Counted from the first letter of the whole stretch, positions 1 through 9,255 are shown. The stretch: DNA of 63,937 bases, filler included, from Myxococcota bacterium (GCA_023150835.1; 7 parts of 7 records of this genome joined end to end with filler, not necessarily neighbours in it), one strand, 5' to 3'. The notes: generated by a model from the letters alone, not told the origin. Translations and numbers: made by a program.

Positions 1-2
1 CT

Positions 3-1286
3 GACGGCACCACCATCGTTGGGATCGGCAACATCTGCACCCAACAACAAGGCAACCCCACCGGTACCTGCCCATCCGGCTTGCTCTGCCTCGGCATCAG
101 TCAAACCGAAGCCCGCTGCTTCCAAGATTGCACCAGTAACCAAGCTGTCTGCGCCGCAAACACCGATGGCCGCACCAACTGCGAAGTCGTTACACAAGAC
201 GGCAGTGTCAGCGTTTGCCTCAACAACAACGCCACCGAAGGCCAAGGCTGCGGATTCAACAACGCAAGCCAAGCTCGTTGTAAAGACGACCCCAATACGG
301 CGAATCCCGACCTCTACTGCAGCCTCATCACCCAAAAATGCGTCAAAACCGACATCCGAACAAATGTTGGTGACCTCTGCAACCGCGAAAACGACAACAC
401 CGAACCCATCAAAATCTGTGATCGTGGTGCCACGAAACCGCTCGCTTGTGATCCCAATACCGGCACTTGCGTTGAGCAAATTATTGTTGGCACCCTCGAA
501 AAATGTGGCGGCACCAAAGGTTGCAGTCCGAGCGATACTTGCGTCGGCTTCGACGATGGCAACGGCGCGACTGTCTCCTACTGCCTCAAAAAATGCACCC
601 CCGGTGGGGCGGCATGCCCCAACAACGCTGAATGTCTTACCCTCAACAGCGGCGGCGGCGCTTGCCGCTGGGCTGGCCCCCTCCAACAAAACGCCTTATG
701 CAAAGCCCTCGATACCACAACAAACAAGATCGATACGACCCAACTCTGTGTGGGTGGACTCGACTGTATCGGTCTCAACGGTACCAAACCTATCTGCATC
801 CAGCTCTGGCAAGGAAACTGCCAAACTCCCGGCAAAACCTGCGCCATCGGCACCAAGTGCGTCGGCCTCCAAGGTGCCAACGGCACCACCTACGGCAGTT
901 GCTTTGCTGACTGCGCCAACGGTACCCCTTGCCCCACCGGCCTCGAATGCAGCCCCAACCTCGGTGATGCTTGCCTCGGCGAAGCCCCTGTCGGCCCCGT
1001 CGCCCTCGGTGGCGTCTGCTCCCAAGACGCCGCCAAAATCACCACTGAAGGCTGCCAAAAAAACATCTTCTGTCTTGGCATCCCCAACGCTCCCAAAGGC
1101 GTCTGCTCCAAAGATTGCACCGCGAATCCTTCCGCTTGCAACGGCGCAACGGGCGGCACCATGACCTGTATCGAGATCAACCCCTCCACAGGCGCAAAAG
1201 CCTGCGTCTTCCCCTGCTCCCAAGCCGGCCAAACCTGCCCCACTGGTACCACCTGCAACAGTGGCGCGGGCGTCTGCCTCCCCTAA
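3..1286 (+). CDS. Cys-rich repeat exported protein, 5'-truncated by window edge
   Basis: Frame is open from position 3 (DGTTIVGIGNICTQQ...) to TAA at 1286; dense Cys modules; shares the block LWxGNCQTPGKTCA...CxGLQxxNGxTYGSCF with the next gene. Confidence 0.85.
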   Translation, partial: DGTTIVGIGNICTQQQGNPTGTCPSGLLCLGISQTEARCFQDCTSNQAVCAANTDGRTNCEVVTQDGSVSVCLNNNATEGQGCGFNNASQARCKDDPNTANPDLYCSLITQKCVKTDIRTNVGDLCNRENDNTEPIKICDRGATKPLACDPNTGTCVEQIIVGTLEKCGGTKGCSPSDTCVGFDDGNGATVSYCLKKCTPGGAACPNNAECLTLNSGGGACRWAGPLQQNALCKALDTTTNKIDTTQLCVGGLDCIGLNGTKPICIQLWQGNCQTPGKTCAIGTKCVGLQGANGTTYGSCFADCANGTPCPTGLECSPNLGDACLGEAPVGPVALGGVCSQDAAKITTEGCQKNIFCLGIPNAPKGVCSKDCTANPSACNGATGGTMTCIEINPSTGAKACVFPCSQAGQTCPTGTTCNSGAGVCLP

Positions 1287-1356
1287 TCCTCCTTTCCCCC
1301 TCCTGCCCCTCCTCCTTTTCGCCTTGCCGATCCACCCTTTCCATGCTTGTCTAACA

Positions 1357-1550
1357 CCTACGAGATCCGCCCACCGCACGATCGGAAATCGTAGGGGCAG
1401 CCCCCTGTGGCTGCCCACCGCACGATCGGAAATCGTAGGGGCAGCCCCCTGTGGCTGCCCATCGCGTGATCAGAAATTGTAGGGGCAGCCCCCTGTGGCT
1501 GCCCAACCATCGGGCGTCTACGCACGCACCTTCGATCACACATCTCTCGG
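1357..1550. repeat. GTAG-type REP-like cluster (family C), three copies at 44-bp period
   Basis: GTAGGGGCAGCCCCCTGTGGCTGCCC at 1391, 1435 and 1479; GGGCAGCC/GGCTGCCC hairpin preceded by GTAG; conserved flank also seen at other copies. Confidence 0.85.
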
Positions 1551-1701
1551 ACTGTTCTCCTTATCGATGTGCCAAATGCTTTGCTTGTGCGTAGACTCTC
1601 CCACATCCCGATGTTTCTTGCCTCCCCAACCTCCGCTCTTCTAAACGATTCGCCTCTTTCGAACCGAATCCCGAGCGCGAGTCAACATCACGGAGACTTG
1701 T

Positions 1702-2814
1702 ATGTCCCGCATTTACGCGATCCTCTTCTCCATCGCCCCTGCCTTTGTGCTGCTTTTCTCTGGCTGCATCGTCATCATCGATACCAGCGAATGCTATCGC
1801 AATGGCGATTGCAAGGCCAACGAACGATGCGTTCGGCTCGGAAGCGTCGGCAAGTGTACTCCCTTCGCCACCACCGAATTCGTCAACAACGAACCCTTGC
1901 CTGACTCCGCTCCCAACGAACCCTTGCCCGACAATCCCCTTCCGCCCGATCTACCGCCCAATCCCGACAATCCTCTGCCGCCCGATCTGCCGCCCAATCC
2001 CGACAATCCTCTACCGCCCGATCTACCGCCCAATCCTGACAATCCTCTTCCGCCCGATCTGCCGCCCAATCCCGACAATCCCCTTCCGCCCGATCTGCCG
2101 CCCAATCCCGACAATCCCCTTCCGCCCGATCTACCGCCCAATCCCGACAATCCTCTTCCGCCCGATCTACCGCCCAATCCCGACAATCCTCTTCCGCCCG
2201 ATCTACCGCCCAATCCTGACAATCCTCTTCCGCCCGATCTACCGCCCAATCCCGACAATCCTCTTCCGCCCGATATCTTGCCCGATTTGCCAGACACGCC
2301 CACCGCCGACACACACGAAGTCTGCGACACCAACCGCCCCTGCAAATCCACAGACCTCTGCGCAGAGGCGGAAGACGTCAGCGGAAACGTCCTCTCGATC
2401 TGTTATCGCAAGTGCCTACTCAACAACCCTCAATGCCCCGGAAACGCCTCATGTCTGCCTGTGGACAACACCAGCGGCGTCTGCCAGCCCGTTGGCCCCA
2501 CCGCGCAACACCAGATCTGCAAACCCCCCGTCGTCCAACAAGGCCGCCTTGACACTTCCCAAGCCTGCCAAACGGGACTCTATTGTCTCGATCTTAACGG
2601 TGGCGCTGAGATCTGCGTCAATCTGTGGGAAGGCAATTGCCAAACCCCCGGCAAAACCTGCGCCCCCAACGAAACCTGCCTCGGCCTCCAAGACGGCAAC
2701 GGCAACACCTACGGCTCTTGCTTTCTCCGATGCAACAACAACACCTGTCCCGCAGGACTGCGCTGCGAAGCCAATTTTGGCAACGTCTGCCTTGGCGCTC
2801 CGATCACCCCCTAA
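1702..2814 (+). CDS. Cys-rich putative lipoprotein with Pro-rich tandem-repeat linker
   Basis: GGAG RBS; signal peptide ending LFSGC (lipobox-like); about 10 x PDNPLPPDLPPN; C-terminal Cys domain paralogous to the upstream gene. Confidence 0.85.
   Translation: MSRIYAILFSIAPAFVLLFSGCIVIIDTSECYRNGDCKANERCVRLGSVGKCTPFATTEFVNNEPLPDSAPNEPLPDNPLPPDLPPNPDNPLPPDLPPNPDNPLPPDLPPNPDNPLPPDLPPNPDNPLPPDLPPNPDNPLPPDLPPNPDNPLPPDLPPNPDNPLPPDLPPNPDNPLPPDLPPNPDNPLPPDILPDLPDTPTADTHEVCDTNRPCKSTDLCAEAEDVSGNVLSICYRKCLLNNPQCPGNASCLPVDNTSGVCQPVGPTAQHQICKPPVVQQGRLDTSQACQTGLYCLDLNGGAEICVNLWEGNCQTPGKTCAPNETCLGLQDGNGNTYGSCFLRCNNNTCPAGLRCEANFGNVCLGAPITP
1927..2275 (+). repeat. 36-bp in-frame tandem repeat, about 10 copies
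   Basis: Unit close to CCCGACAATCCTCTTCCGCCCGATCTACCGCCCAAT with synonymous variation. Confidence 0.95.
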
Positions 2815-2935
2815 AAAATTCCACCCGCTTGCTTTTTTGGGGGGAGATTTGTTAAACTGCGCGCCTTTGATGGTTCACGCCAACCCAAAACGCCACAAAC
2901 CCCCGTGGTGTCGAGAGAAAAAGAAAGGGAGCACG

Positions 2936-3412
2936 ATGGCCGAACGCATCCCCATGACCCCAGAAGGCTTCGCAAAGCTACAACACGAACTCCACCAACT
3001 CAAAACCGTCGAAAAACACAAAAACATCCGTGACATCGAAGAAGCCCGCGCCCACGGCGATCTCAGCGAAAATGCCGAGTACCAATACGCCAAAGAACGC
3101 CAAGGCCAGATCGCTGGACAGATCAAACACCTCGAAGATCAAGTCTCTCGCGCCGAAGTCATCGACCCACGCACCGTCAAAAGCGATCGCATCGTCTTTG
3201 GGGCCACCGTCACCTTGCTCGATATCCAAGATGAAAAAGAAGTCGTCTTCTCCATCGTCGGTCCCCCCGAAGCCGATCCCAAAAACAACCGCATCTCCAT
3301 CCTTTCCCCCATGGCAAAAGCCATGATCGGAAAACGCGTCGAAGACGAAGTCGAAGTCCCCACCGCCCAAGGGGAACGCTTCTACGAAGTCGTTCGCATC
3401 CAATTCATTTAG
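2936..3412 (+). CDS. greA: transcription elongation factor GreA
   Basis: MAERIPMTPEG...EEARAHGDLSENAEY...VFGATV...ISILSPMAKAMIGK; GGGAG RBS before ATG 2936. Confidence 0.97.
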   Translation: MAERIPMTPEGFAKLQHELHQLKTVEKHKNIRDIEEARAHGDLSENAEYQYAKERQGQIAGQIKHLEDQVSRAEVIDPRTVKSDRIVFGATVTLLDIQDEKEVVFSIVGPPEADPKNNRISILSPMAKAMIGKRVEDEVEVPTAQGERFYEVVRIQFI

Positions 3413-3458
3413 GACCGATACGAGATCCCCAGCGCGTGCGATCGCACTTGTCTTTCCG

Positions 3459-4025
3459 CTATCTGATCAGCTTTGAGATCACCTTAAACTGCGGCGTCCC
3501 TGCACGCACCAACAAGTCGAACAACACCGCTTCCACCGAAGTTCGACACGCGCCCATCCGTCCCATCATCTCCAACCCCACCCGCCAGTTCGTCTTCACC
3601 CGCGAGATCACCGCATCTTCGGGTACAAACACTTCCATCCCCTGTTCGCACAGATCCCGCACCGTCTGAAACACGCAGATATGCGTCTCCATCCCACACA
3701 CGATCCATTGATCGCACTTGGTCTCGGCCAAGGCTTCCGCGATCTTTGGCTCCGCACAACACGAAAAGTCCAGCTTCTCTAGCGGCACCCAATCCTCCGC
3801 CAGATGCGCTCGCACCGACGCCACCGTCGGCCCGATCCCTTTTGGATACTGCTCCGTCACCACCACAGGTATCCCCAACGTTTGCGCGCTTTGCAACAAG
3901 ATCCCCACCTGCTGCGCCACCTTTTCCATCACCTTCTCTGGCATCACCGCTGCCAATCGCTCCTGCACATCCACCACCAACAATCCCACCCGCCCCACTT
4001 CTGCTCGGTACACTCTTGTTCCCAT
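3459..4025 (-). CDS. isochorismatase-family cysteine hydrolase
   Basis: LLVVDVQERL, TEQYPKGIGPT, KLDFSC and GMETHICVFQT motifs; GGGAG RBS before ATG 4025. Confidence 0.92.
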   Translation of the reverse strand: MGTRVYRAEVGRVGLLVVDVQERLAAVMPEKVMEKVAQQVGILLQSAQTLGIPVVVTEQYPKGIGPTVASVRAHLAEDWVPLEKLDFSCCAEPKIAEALAETKCDQWIVCGMETHICVFQTVRDLCEQGMEVFVPEDAVISRVKTNWRVGLEMMGRMGACRTSVEAVLFDLLVRAGTPQFKVISKLIR

Positions 4026-4110
4026 CTCGAAACTCCCTATGTTGATCCGTTGTTGCTTGTGAGCAAAAACCCCGTGTCCACACCTCTTCAAGCGACAACT
4101 TTGTCTGTGT

Positions 4111-4434
4111 GAAAAACCATGATCTCTTCGCCATATCCGAGGTCAAGGGGGCAAAGCTCCCTTGTGGGGCAACGCCCCATAGGCGTTAGGTGAAGCGCTT
4201 GTTGGCCCCCCCACCCCAGCCCTCCCCCGTGAACAGGGGAGGGAGCGAAAGTCGGAAGCAGCGGGGATGTTGTTTTTTCATGACGCACGCTGTATGCACG
4301 ACACGCAGACGCTGCCCGTTCCAACTTCCCCCCGTTCACGAGGGGATTGAGGGGGGGTAGAAAAAGAAACGGCGATCAGGCTAGACTATCCGGTGTTTCC
4401 ACCTTAACAAGGCGCGTATGGGGCAACGCCCCAT
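4111..4434 (-). mobile_element. composite palindromic intergenic element (family B part 4111-4180 + family A 4181-4417), MITE-like
   Basis: Near-identical to copies at 57921-58290 and 39845-40176; bounded by GGGGC-N3-GCCCC hairpins; non-coding. Confidence 0.75.
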
Positions 4435-4613
4435 CAACCACCCCACAAATCAATCCCTTCTTTTTTCGCCAGAATTGACGACTCACAAGATCCTCTCTAC
4501 TTTTAAGCGATGTCGCGCATAAAACAAGCGCATCCAATGTTCTTCTGCTTGTCCGACAACTCTCCCTTCGCAGATCACTCGTCAAGCAACCACACCCCAA
4601 TCACGGATCATTC

Positions 4614-5882
4614 ATGGCCATTGTGGACCCACGCCAACACCCCCAACACCCGACGGACGAGACGCAGTATCTTCGCACCCTCGCCTTTTCTGGTGCAGCG
4701 ATGGTGATCCACTTGGTGGCTCCCGCATTGTTGGCGATCTTGCTGCTCAACCCAAACCTGCCCCCACCCCCCTCCTCTCGTGTGATTCAACTCCAACGCC
4801 TCGACCGCACAGGCAAACAACTCGCCCGCGCACCTCTGCCCACCCTCCGACGCCCCCAAGATCGCAAAAAACAGCCCACTCCTCCCCGCCGTCTGCGTGG
4901 GCAAGTCGTCGATATCGCCCCCACCCCCGACCGCACACCGCCCGAAAACGCACGCTTTCTCAGCGAACACAACACCCGCGTCCCCAAAGAGATGCTCTCT
5001 CGCCACCGCCGCCTCCGCTACAAAAAACCCGCCAAACGCGCTTCCCAAAACGCCCGACGCGCCCCCAACCAACCCAAGATCCTCGTCGCCAGTCGCTCTC
5101 CCCAACGCGACCGCACTCCCCCGGGCGGCGCTCGCCCTCAACCCCGACGCAAAACCAAACCCTCTCGCACTCCTCCACCCAAACGTGGCACACCCCAAAA
5201 AACCGCCCTCCAAAAAGGCAAAGGCTCCCGCGCCAAAGATCGCGGACAACAGCACTCCAAAGGCCGCATTCAACGCATCCGCCTTGCCTTCAAAGAACCC
5301 ACTCCCACCGAACACAACACCGAACCTGACACACCCGACTCTCCCAACACACCCCACCATCCCCAAGCAACCGGCAAAGGCCAAGGCCCCAACAAAGGAC
5401 ACGGCAAAGGCTCTCCCCCGCACATCAACCTCAAACCCTCCCTCGGCACGCTCTCCCAATCCCAAGGCGCTCCCGCCCCCGAACACATCCCCAATATGCG
5501 CGAAGGCGAAGAAACCCAACTCAACAGCCGACAATGGCTCTACGCCGCCTTCTTTAACCGCGTCAAACGCGCCGTCTCCCAACATTGGGACCCCGCCCCC
5601 ACTTACCAACGCCGCGATCCACACGGCAACGTCTACGGCGTCAAAGACCGTCTCACTGTCCTCTCCATTACCCTCAAACCTGACGGCACACTCCTCAACG
5701 CCCGCGTCCTACGCACCTGTGGACTCGAATTTCTTGACCAAGAAGCCATCCGCGCCTTTAAGGCCGCACAACCCTTCCCCAATCCTCCCAAAGGACTCGT
5801 CGACCCCAGCGGCACCATCCGCTTTCGTTTTAGCTTCTTTGTCTACAACTCCCACCGCGCACGCTTTAGCATCTTCCGCTAA
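4614..5882 (+). CDS. TonB-family C-terminal domain protein (energy transducer-like)
   Basis: N-terminal TM helix, long Pro/Lys/Arg-rich linker, C-terminal FFNRVKRAVSQHW...LDQEAIRAFKAAQPFPNPP; start uncertain. Confidence 0.8.
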   Translation: MAIVDPRQHPQHPTDETQYLRTLAFSGAAMVIHLVAPALLAILLLNPNLPPPPSSRVIQLQRLDRTGKQLARAPLPTLRRPQDRKKQPTPPRRLRGQVVDIAPTPDRTPPENARFLSEHNTRVPKEMLSRHRRLRYKKPAKRASQNARRAPNQPKILVASRSPQRDRTPPGGARPQPRRKTKPSRTPPPKRGTPQKTALQKGKGSRAKDRGQQHSKGRIQRIRLAFKEPTPTEHNTEPDTPDSPNTPHHPQATGKGQGPNKGHGKGSPPHINLKPSLGTLSQSQGAPAPEHIPNMREGEETQLNSRQWLYAAFFNRVKRAVSQHWDPAPTYQRRDPHGNVYGVKDRLTVLSITLKPDGTLLNARVLRTCGLEFLDQEAIRAFKAAQPFPNPPKGLVDPSGTIRFRFSFFVYNSHRARFSIFR

Positions 5883-5899
5883 ACACAACCCCACCCTTT

Positions 5900-6015
5900 C
5901 TATCGCGAATCCTCTGCCTATTTCGTGTTTTGTACCCCTTCCATGTCATCAGCCGAAAAGAACTCACTTCGGCGACTATCGCGAATCCTCTGCCTATTTC
6001 GTGTTTTGTACCCCT
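5900..6015. repeat. perfect 40-bp direct repeat pair separated by a 36-bp unique hairpin-containing spacer
   Basis: CTATCGCGAATCCTCTGCCTATTTCGTGTTTTGTACCCCT at 5900-5939 and 5976-6015. Confidence 0.92.
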
Positions 6016-6059
6016 GTAAGGAGGGCTGGGGTGGGGGGCTTGATCTCCCTTCTTTCGAG

Positions 6060-7316
6060 CTACTCGCTCGAAAGCGCCTTTAACAAACGCGATACATAAT
6101 CGCGTGAATTCAACGAGATATCTTTGAGCAAGTTCCAGATGATCTTGACTCCGAGATTCGGATCACGCCGCAACAGATCCAACAGTTCGTCACGTGGAAC
6201 CTCCAACAATCGCACTTGCGTTTCTGCTTGTGCGGTCATCATCCGTCCCTTCCCATCCACCAACGACTCCAAACCAAAGTGCTGTCCCGTCTCCAACGTC
6301 GCCAACCAGATCCCGCTGCGATACAGCCCCACCTGACCATCAAAAATCAAAAACAGCGAACGCTCTGGCGCATCTTCACTCGCGATCCGCTCTCCTGCGA
6401 TGTAGTCTTGCGTCTGCCCCAACTGCAACAGCCGCGTGGTTTCGAGCGGCTTGAGACCCCGCAACACGGGCGAATGCGACAACGATTGCCCCACATCCAC
6501 CTCGGTCGTCGGGACGTAATGCTCCGCCGAAGACAAACGCACCGCGATCGCTGTGATGTTGTCACTTCCGCCTCGTGCGTTCGCACAATCGATCAAACGC
6601 GGCACGATCCGATGCCCCGAAGGTTCCGCCATCACCGTGATGATCTCGTCATTCGTCAAATAACTGTGCAAACCATCCGAACACAACAAAAACTGATCCC
6701 CGGGCTCCACCACCAAAAAATCGATCTGCGGATCGATCTTTTCGCCTTTGCCGATCGCTTGCAAGATCACGTTGCGAAACGGCGAATACTTCGCTTGTTC
6801 GGGCGTAATGTACCCGTCCCGGATCTGCTGCGCCACCAACGAATGATCTTCTGTCACTTGCGCAAGATCCCGATAACGCACCCGATAGATCCGACTGTCT
6901 CCGACGTGCGCGATCACACCGTGATTCCCTTGAATCAACATCGCACTAATCGTCGTCCCCATCGACACATCAGGCCCGATGCTTTTGCGGATCTGCAAGA
7001 TCTCTTGGTTGGCTGCATGGATCGCCGAACGCATCAGATCGCTGATCTTTTCGCGCACTCCGACATCCAATCCACCCGCCATCAAGCGCACGGTGTCGCG
7101 CTCGTTGTACAACGTCGCACTAAACGTCTCGATCGCCCGCCGCGATGCCCGCTCTCCTTCGACACCCCCTCCCATCCCGTCCGCCACAATAAACAGGCCA
7201 TTGAGCGCGTCCACGAGATAGTTGTCTTCGTTTTTCTTTCGGACTTGACCGAGGTCACTTCCCACCCACGCTTCGATCTGAAAAAATGCTGCACTGGATT
7301 GTGTTGTATGCGCCAT
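6060..7316 (-). CDS. PP2C-family (Stp1-like) Ser/Thr phosphatase with C-terminal cyclic-nucleotide-binding domain
   Basis: RKKNED, VADGMGG, MGTT, AHVGDSRIY, LLCSDGL and GGSDNIT motifs; C-terminal GQHFGLESL...R..TAQA cNMP-like fold. Confidence 0.92.
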   Translation of the reverse strand: MAHTTQSSAAFFQIEAWVGSDLGQVRKKNEDNYLVDALNGLFIVADGMGGGVEGERASRRAIETFSATLYNERDTVRLMAGGLDVGVREKISDLMRSAIHAANQEILQIRKSIGPDVSMGTTISAMLIQGNHGVIAHVGDSRIYRVRYRDLAQVTEDHSLVAQQIRDGYITPEQAKYSPFRNVILQAIGKGEKIDPQIDFLVVEPGDQFLLCSDGLHSYLTNDEIITVMAEPSGHRIVPRLIDCANARGGSDNITAIAVRLSSAEHYVPTTEVDVGQSLSHSPVLRGLKPLETTRLLQLGQTQDYIAGERIASEDAPERSLFLIFDGQVGLYRSGIWLATLETGQHFGLESLVDGKGRMMTAQAETQVRLLEVPRDELLDLLRRDPNLGVKIIWNLLKDISLNSRDYVSRLLKALSSE

Positions 7317-7430
7317 TCTGCCCGTCTCGCATTATGAAAAGAGAGATCTTGTTCCAAGGAAGTTGCAGTATAATGGCTTTCTTTTCTCGGCTCAAGAGAC
7401 GCCACCCCCACCCCCGCAAAGGAGGTTCTT

Positions 7431-8504
7431 GTGATCACCACCGCCTCGCCTCTTCCCCAAACAGCCAAACGCCTTGTTCTGTTTGCTTTTCTTTTTGGCT
7501 TGCCGCTGACTTTTTCGTTGGTCTGGGCAGCGATCCCGCCCCGACAAATCCCCTCCCTCTCTGCCATCGTCGACGTCGGCCAGATGATCCGTGGACAAGG
7601 GCATCACCGACGAGGGCACGTCGTCGATATCCGTAGCCGCCGCGTATTTCGCTCCGATCAAGCCGCACCCAACCCCGCACTCGTTAGCAACATGATGGCC
7701 CAACTCGTCATGAAGATCACAGGACAACCCAACGGCCAAGCCGCTTGGGGTACATGGTTCGGCCCGGGTGACAAAGTCGGGATCTTGGTCGATGCCGCTG
7801 GAACCCCCTTTTCTCGCGTCCAAACCTCCACCGTCGCCGCCATCGTCGGCGGCTTGCGCGCCGCTGGCGTCTACAGCAACGATATCATCGTCTGGGCCAC
7901 CACAGGACAAGACCTTGTCGCCGCTGGCTTCCCCCTCAACTGGACCCCCAACGGTGTCCGCTTTGTCGGCGCAAATCAGCTCCCCTTCGACGACTCCGTC
8001 GGCTTCCCGATCCAAAGCGGCTTCTTTGCCCAAAAGATCCCCGTCACTTCCTTGCTTGCCACCTGCCGCTTTGTGATCAACCTCGCAACCCTCGAAGATC
8101 ACCCCGTCCTCGGTTATCGCCTCGCCCTCGCCAACCAAGTCCTCGGCAGTTTCCAAAACTCGCAACACTTTGAAAAACATTGGGGCGGCACAGTCGGCTT
8201 TGGCGAGATCGCCACATGGAAACTCTTTCGACAAAAGTTCGTCCTGCACATCCTCGATGGATTACGCGGCACCTACAACGGCGAAGCCGCCAACTGGCAC
8301 GCCCAAGTCTACCTCGGCTCCACCGACCCCGTCGCCCTCGATCGCGTCGCGGGCAGCCTCATCGATATGGCCCGCCGACGTGCCGGCCTCCCACAAATCA
8401 ACAACTCCCAACGCTCCGCCCGATACATCGATGTCGCCGCCATGAACAACGTCGGCGAAGGCGACCCCGAAAAGATCGTCCACGATATCCTCCAAACCCC
8501 CTGA
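7431..8504 (+). CDS. DUF362-like domain protein, membrane-anchored or exported
   Basis: AGGAGG RBS + GTG; N-terminal hydrophobic helix; FGPGDKVGI, INLATLEDH and STDPVALD motifs. Confidence 0.7.
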   Translation: MITTASPLPQTAKRLVLFAFLFGLPLTFSLVWAAIPPRQIPSLSAIVDVGQMIRGQGHHRRGHVVDIRSRRVFRSDQAAPNPALVSNMMAQLVMKITGQPNGQAAWGTWFGPGDKVGILVDAAGTPFSRVQTSTVAAIVGGLRAAGVYSNDIIVWATTGQDLVAAGFPLNWTPNGVRFVGANQLPFDDSVGFPIQSGFFAQKIPVTSLLATCRFVINLATLEDHPVLGYRLALANQVLGSFQNSQHFEKHWGGTVGFGEIATWKLFRQKFVLHILDGLRGTYNGEAANWHAQVYLGSTDPVALDRVAGSLIDMARRRAGLPQINNSQRSARYIDVAAMNNVGEGDPEKIVHDILQTP

Positions 8505-8519
8505 TCTTCGCCCCCTCGT

Positions 8520-8737
8520 ACGACATCCGTGTCTGGTGTGATCAAAGGGTGGGGCGTAGACGCCCTATGATTGGGCAAACACAGGGGGCAGCCCCATACG
8601 CGCCTTGTTAAGGTGGAAACCTCGTAGAGTCGGTCTTGATCGCCTTTTTTTTCTCCCCCCCTCAATCCCCCCGTGAACGGGGGGAAGTTGGAACGGGCAG
8701 CGTCTGCGCGTCGTGCATACAGCGTGTGTCATGAAAA
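8520..8737 (+). mobile_element. family C REP-like element fused to family A element, cut by contig end
   Basis: GCGTAGACGCCCTATGATTGGGCA... followed from 8598 by ACGCGCCTTGTTAAGGTGGAAAC..., as at 57938. Confidence 0.75.
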
Positions 8738-8837
8738 NNNNNNNNNNNNNNNNNNNNNNNNNNNNNNNNNNNNNNNNNNNNTTAATTAATTAANNNNNNN
8801 NNNNNNNNNNNNNNNNNNNNNNNNNNNNNNNNNNNNN
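8738..8837. other. artificial contig-joining spacer
   Basis: 44 N + TTAATTAATTAA (stops in all six frames) + 44 N. Confidence 0.98.
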
Positions 8838-9255
8838 CAACTAGGTGTGGTTGCCCTCGCTGAGAAGTGTTGCATCTTGATACCTCTCTCATGGCGTTGG
8901 TTTTAACGGACCCACGCGAGGTCACCGACGCAACAGAGATCGGGCAGGCACGGGGGCCTGCCCCTACAAAACACCGTGTGATTTCCAACATGTAGGGGCA
9001 ACCCCCTGTGGTTGCCCTCGCTGAGAAGTGTTGCCTCTTGATACCTCTCTCATGGCGTTGGTTTGAACGGACCCACGCGAGCAAAAACGCCGCTCGTGAG
9101 GTACCTTAGAAGACCTCAAAACACAACATGAGCCTCTTGGATTATACGATATCCGCAAGATGTGTGATCGAAGGATAGTGCGTAGACGCCCTATGGTTGG
9201 GCAGCCACACCTGTCTGCCCCTACGTTTTGCGATCACACGATGGGCGGATCTTGT
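8838..9255. repeat. REP/BIME-like cluster (family C variants) with a duplicated ~75-bp linker
   Basis: Oppositely oriented GTAGGGGCA..TGCCC hairpins near 8942-8967, 8992-9017 and 9199-9223; GTGGTTGCCCTCGCTGAGAAG...GGACCCACGCGAG occurs twice. Confidence 0.8.

Noticed and set aside
1745-2935. 555-aa ORF fusing a repeat region to GreA
   Set aside because: Alternative frame of the lipoprotein's 36-bp repeat; GreA starts at 2936.
8738-8837. TTAATTAATTAA motif flanked by N runs, six times
   Set aside because: Identical 100-bp artificial linker with stops in all frames; not biological and unrelated to the TTAA sites inside family A elements. No gene-context inference was made across these joins.
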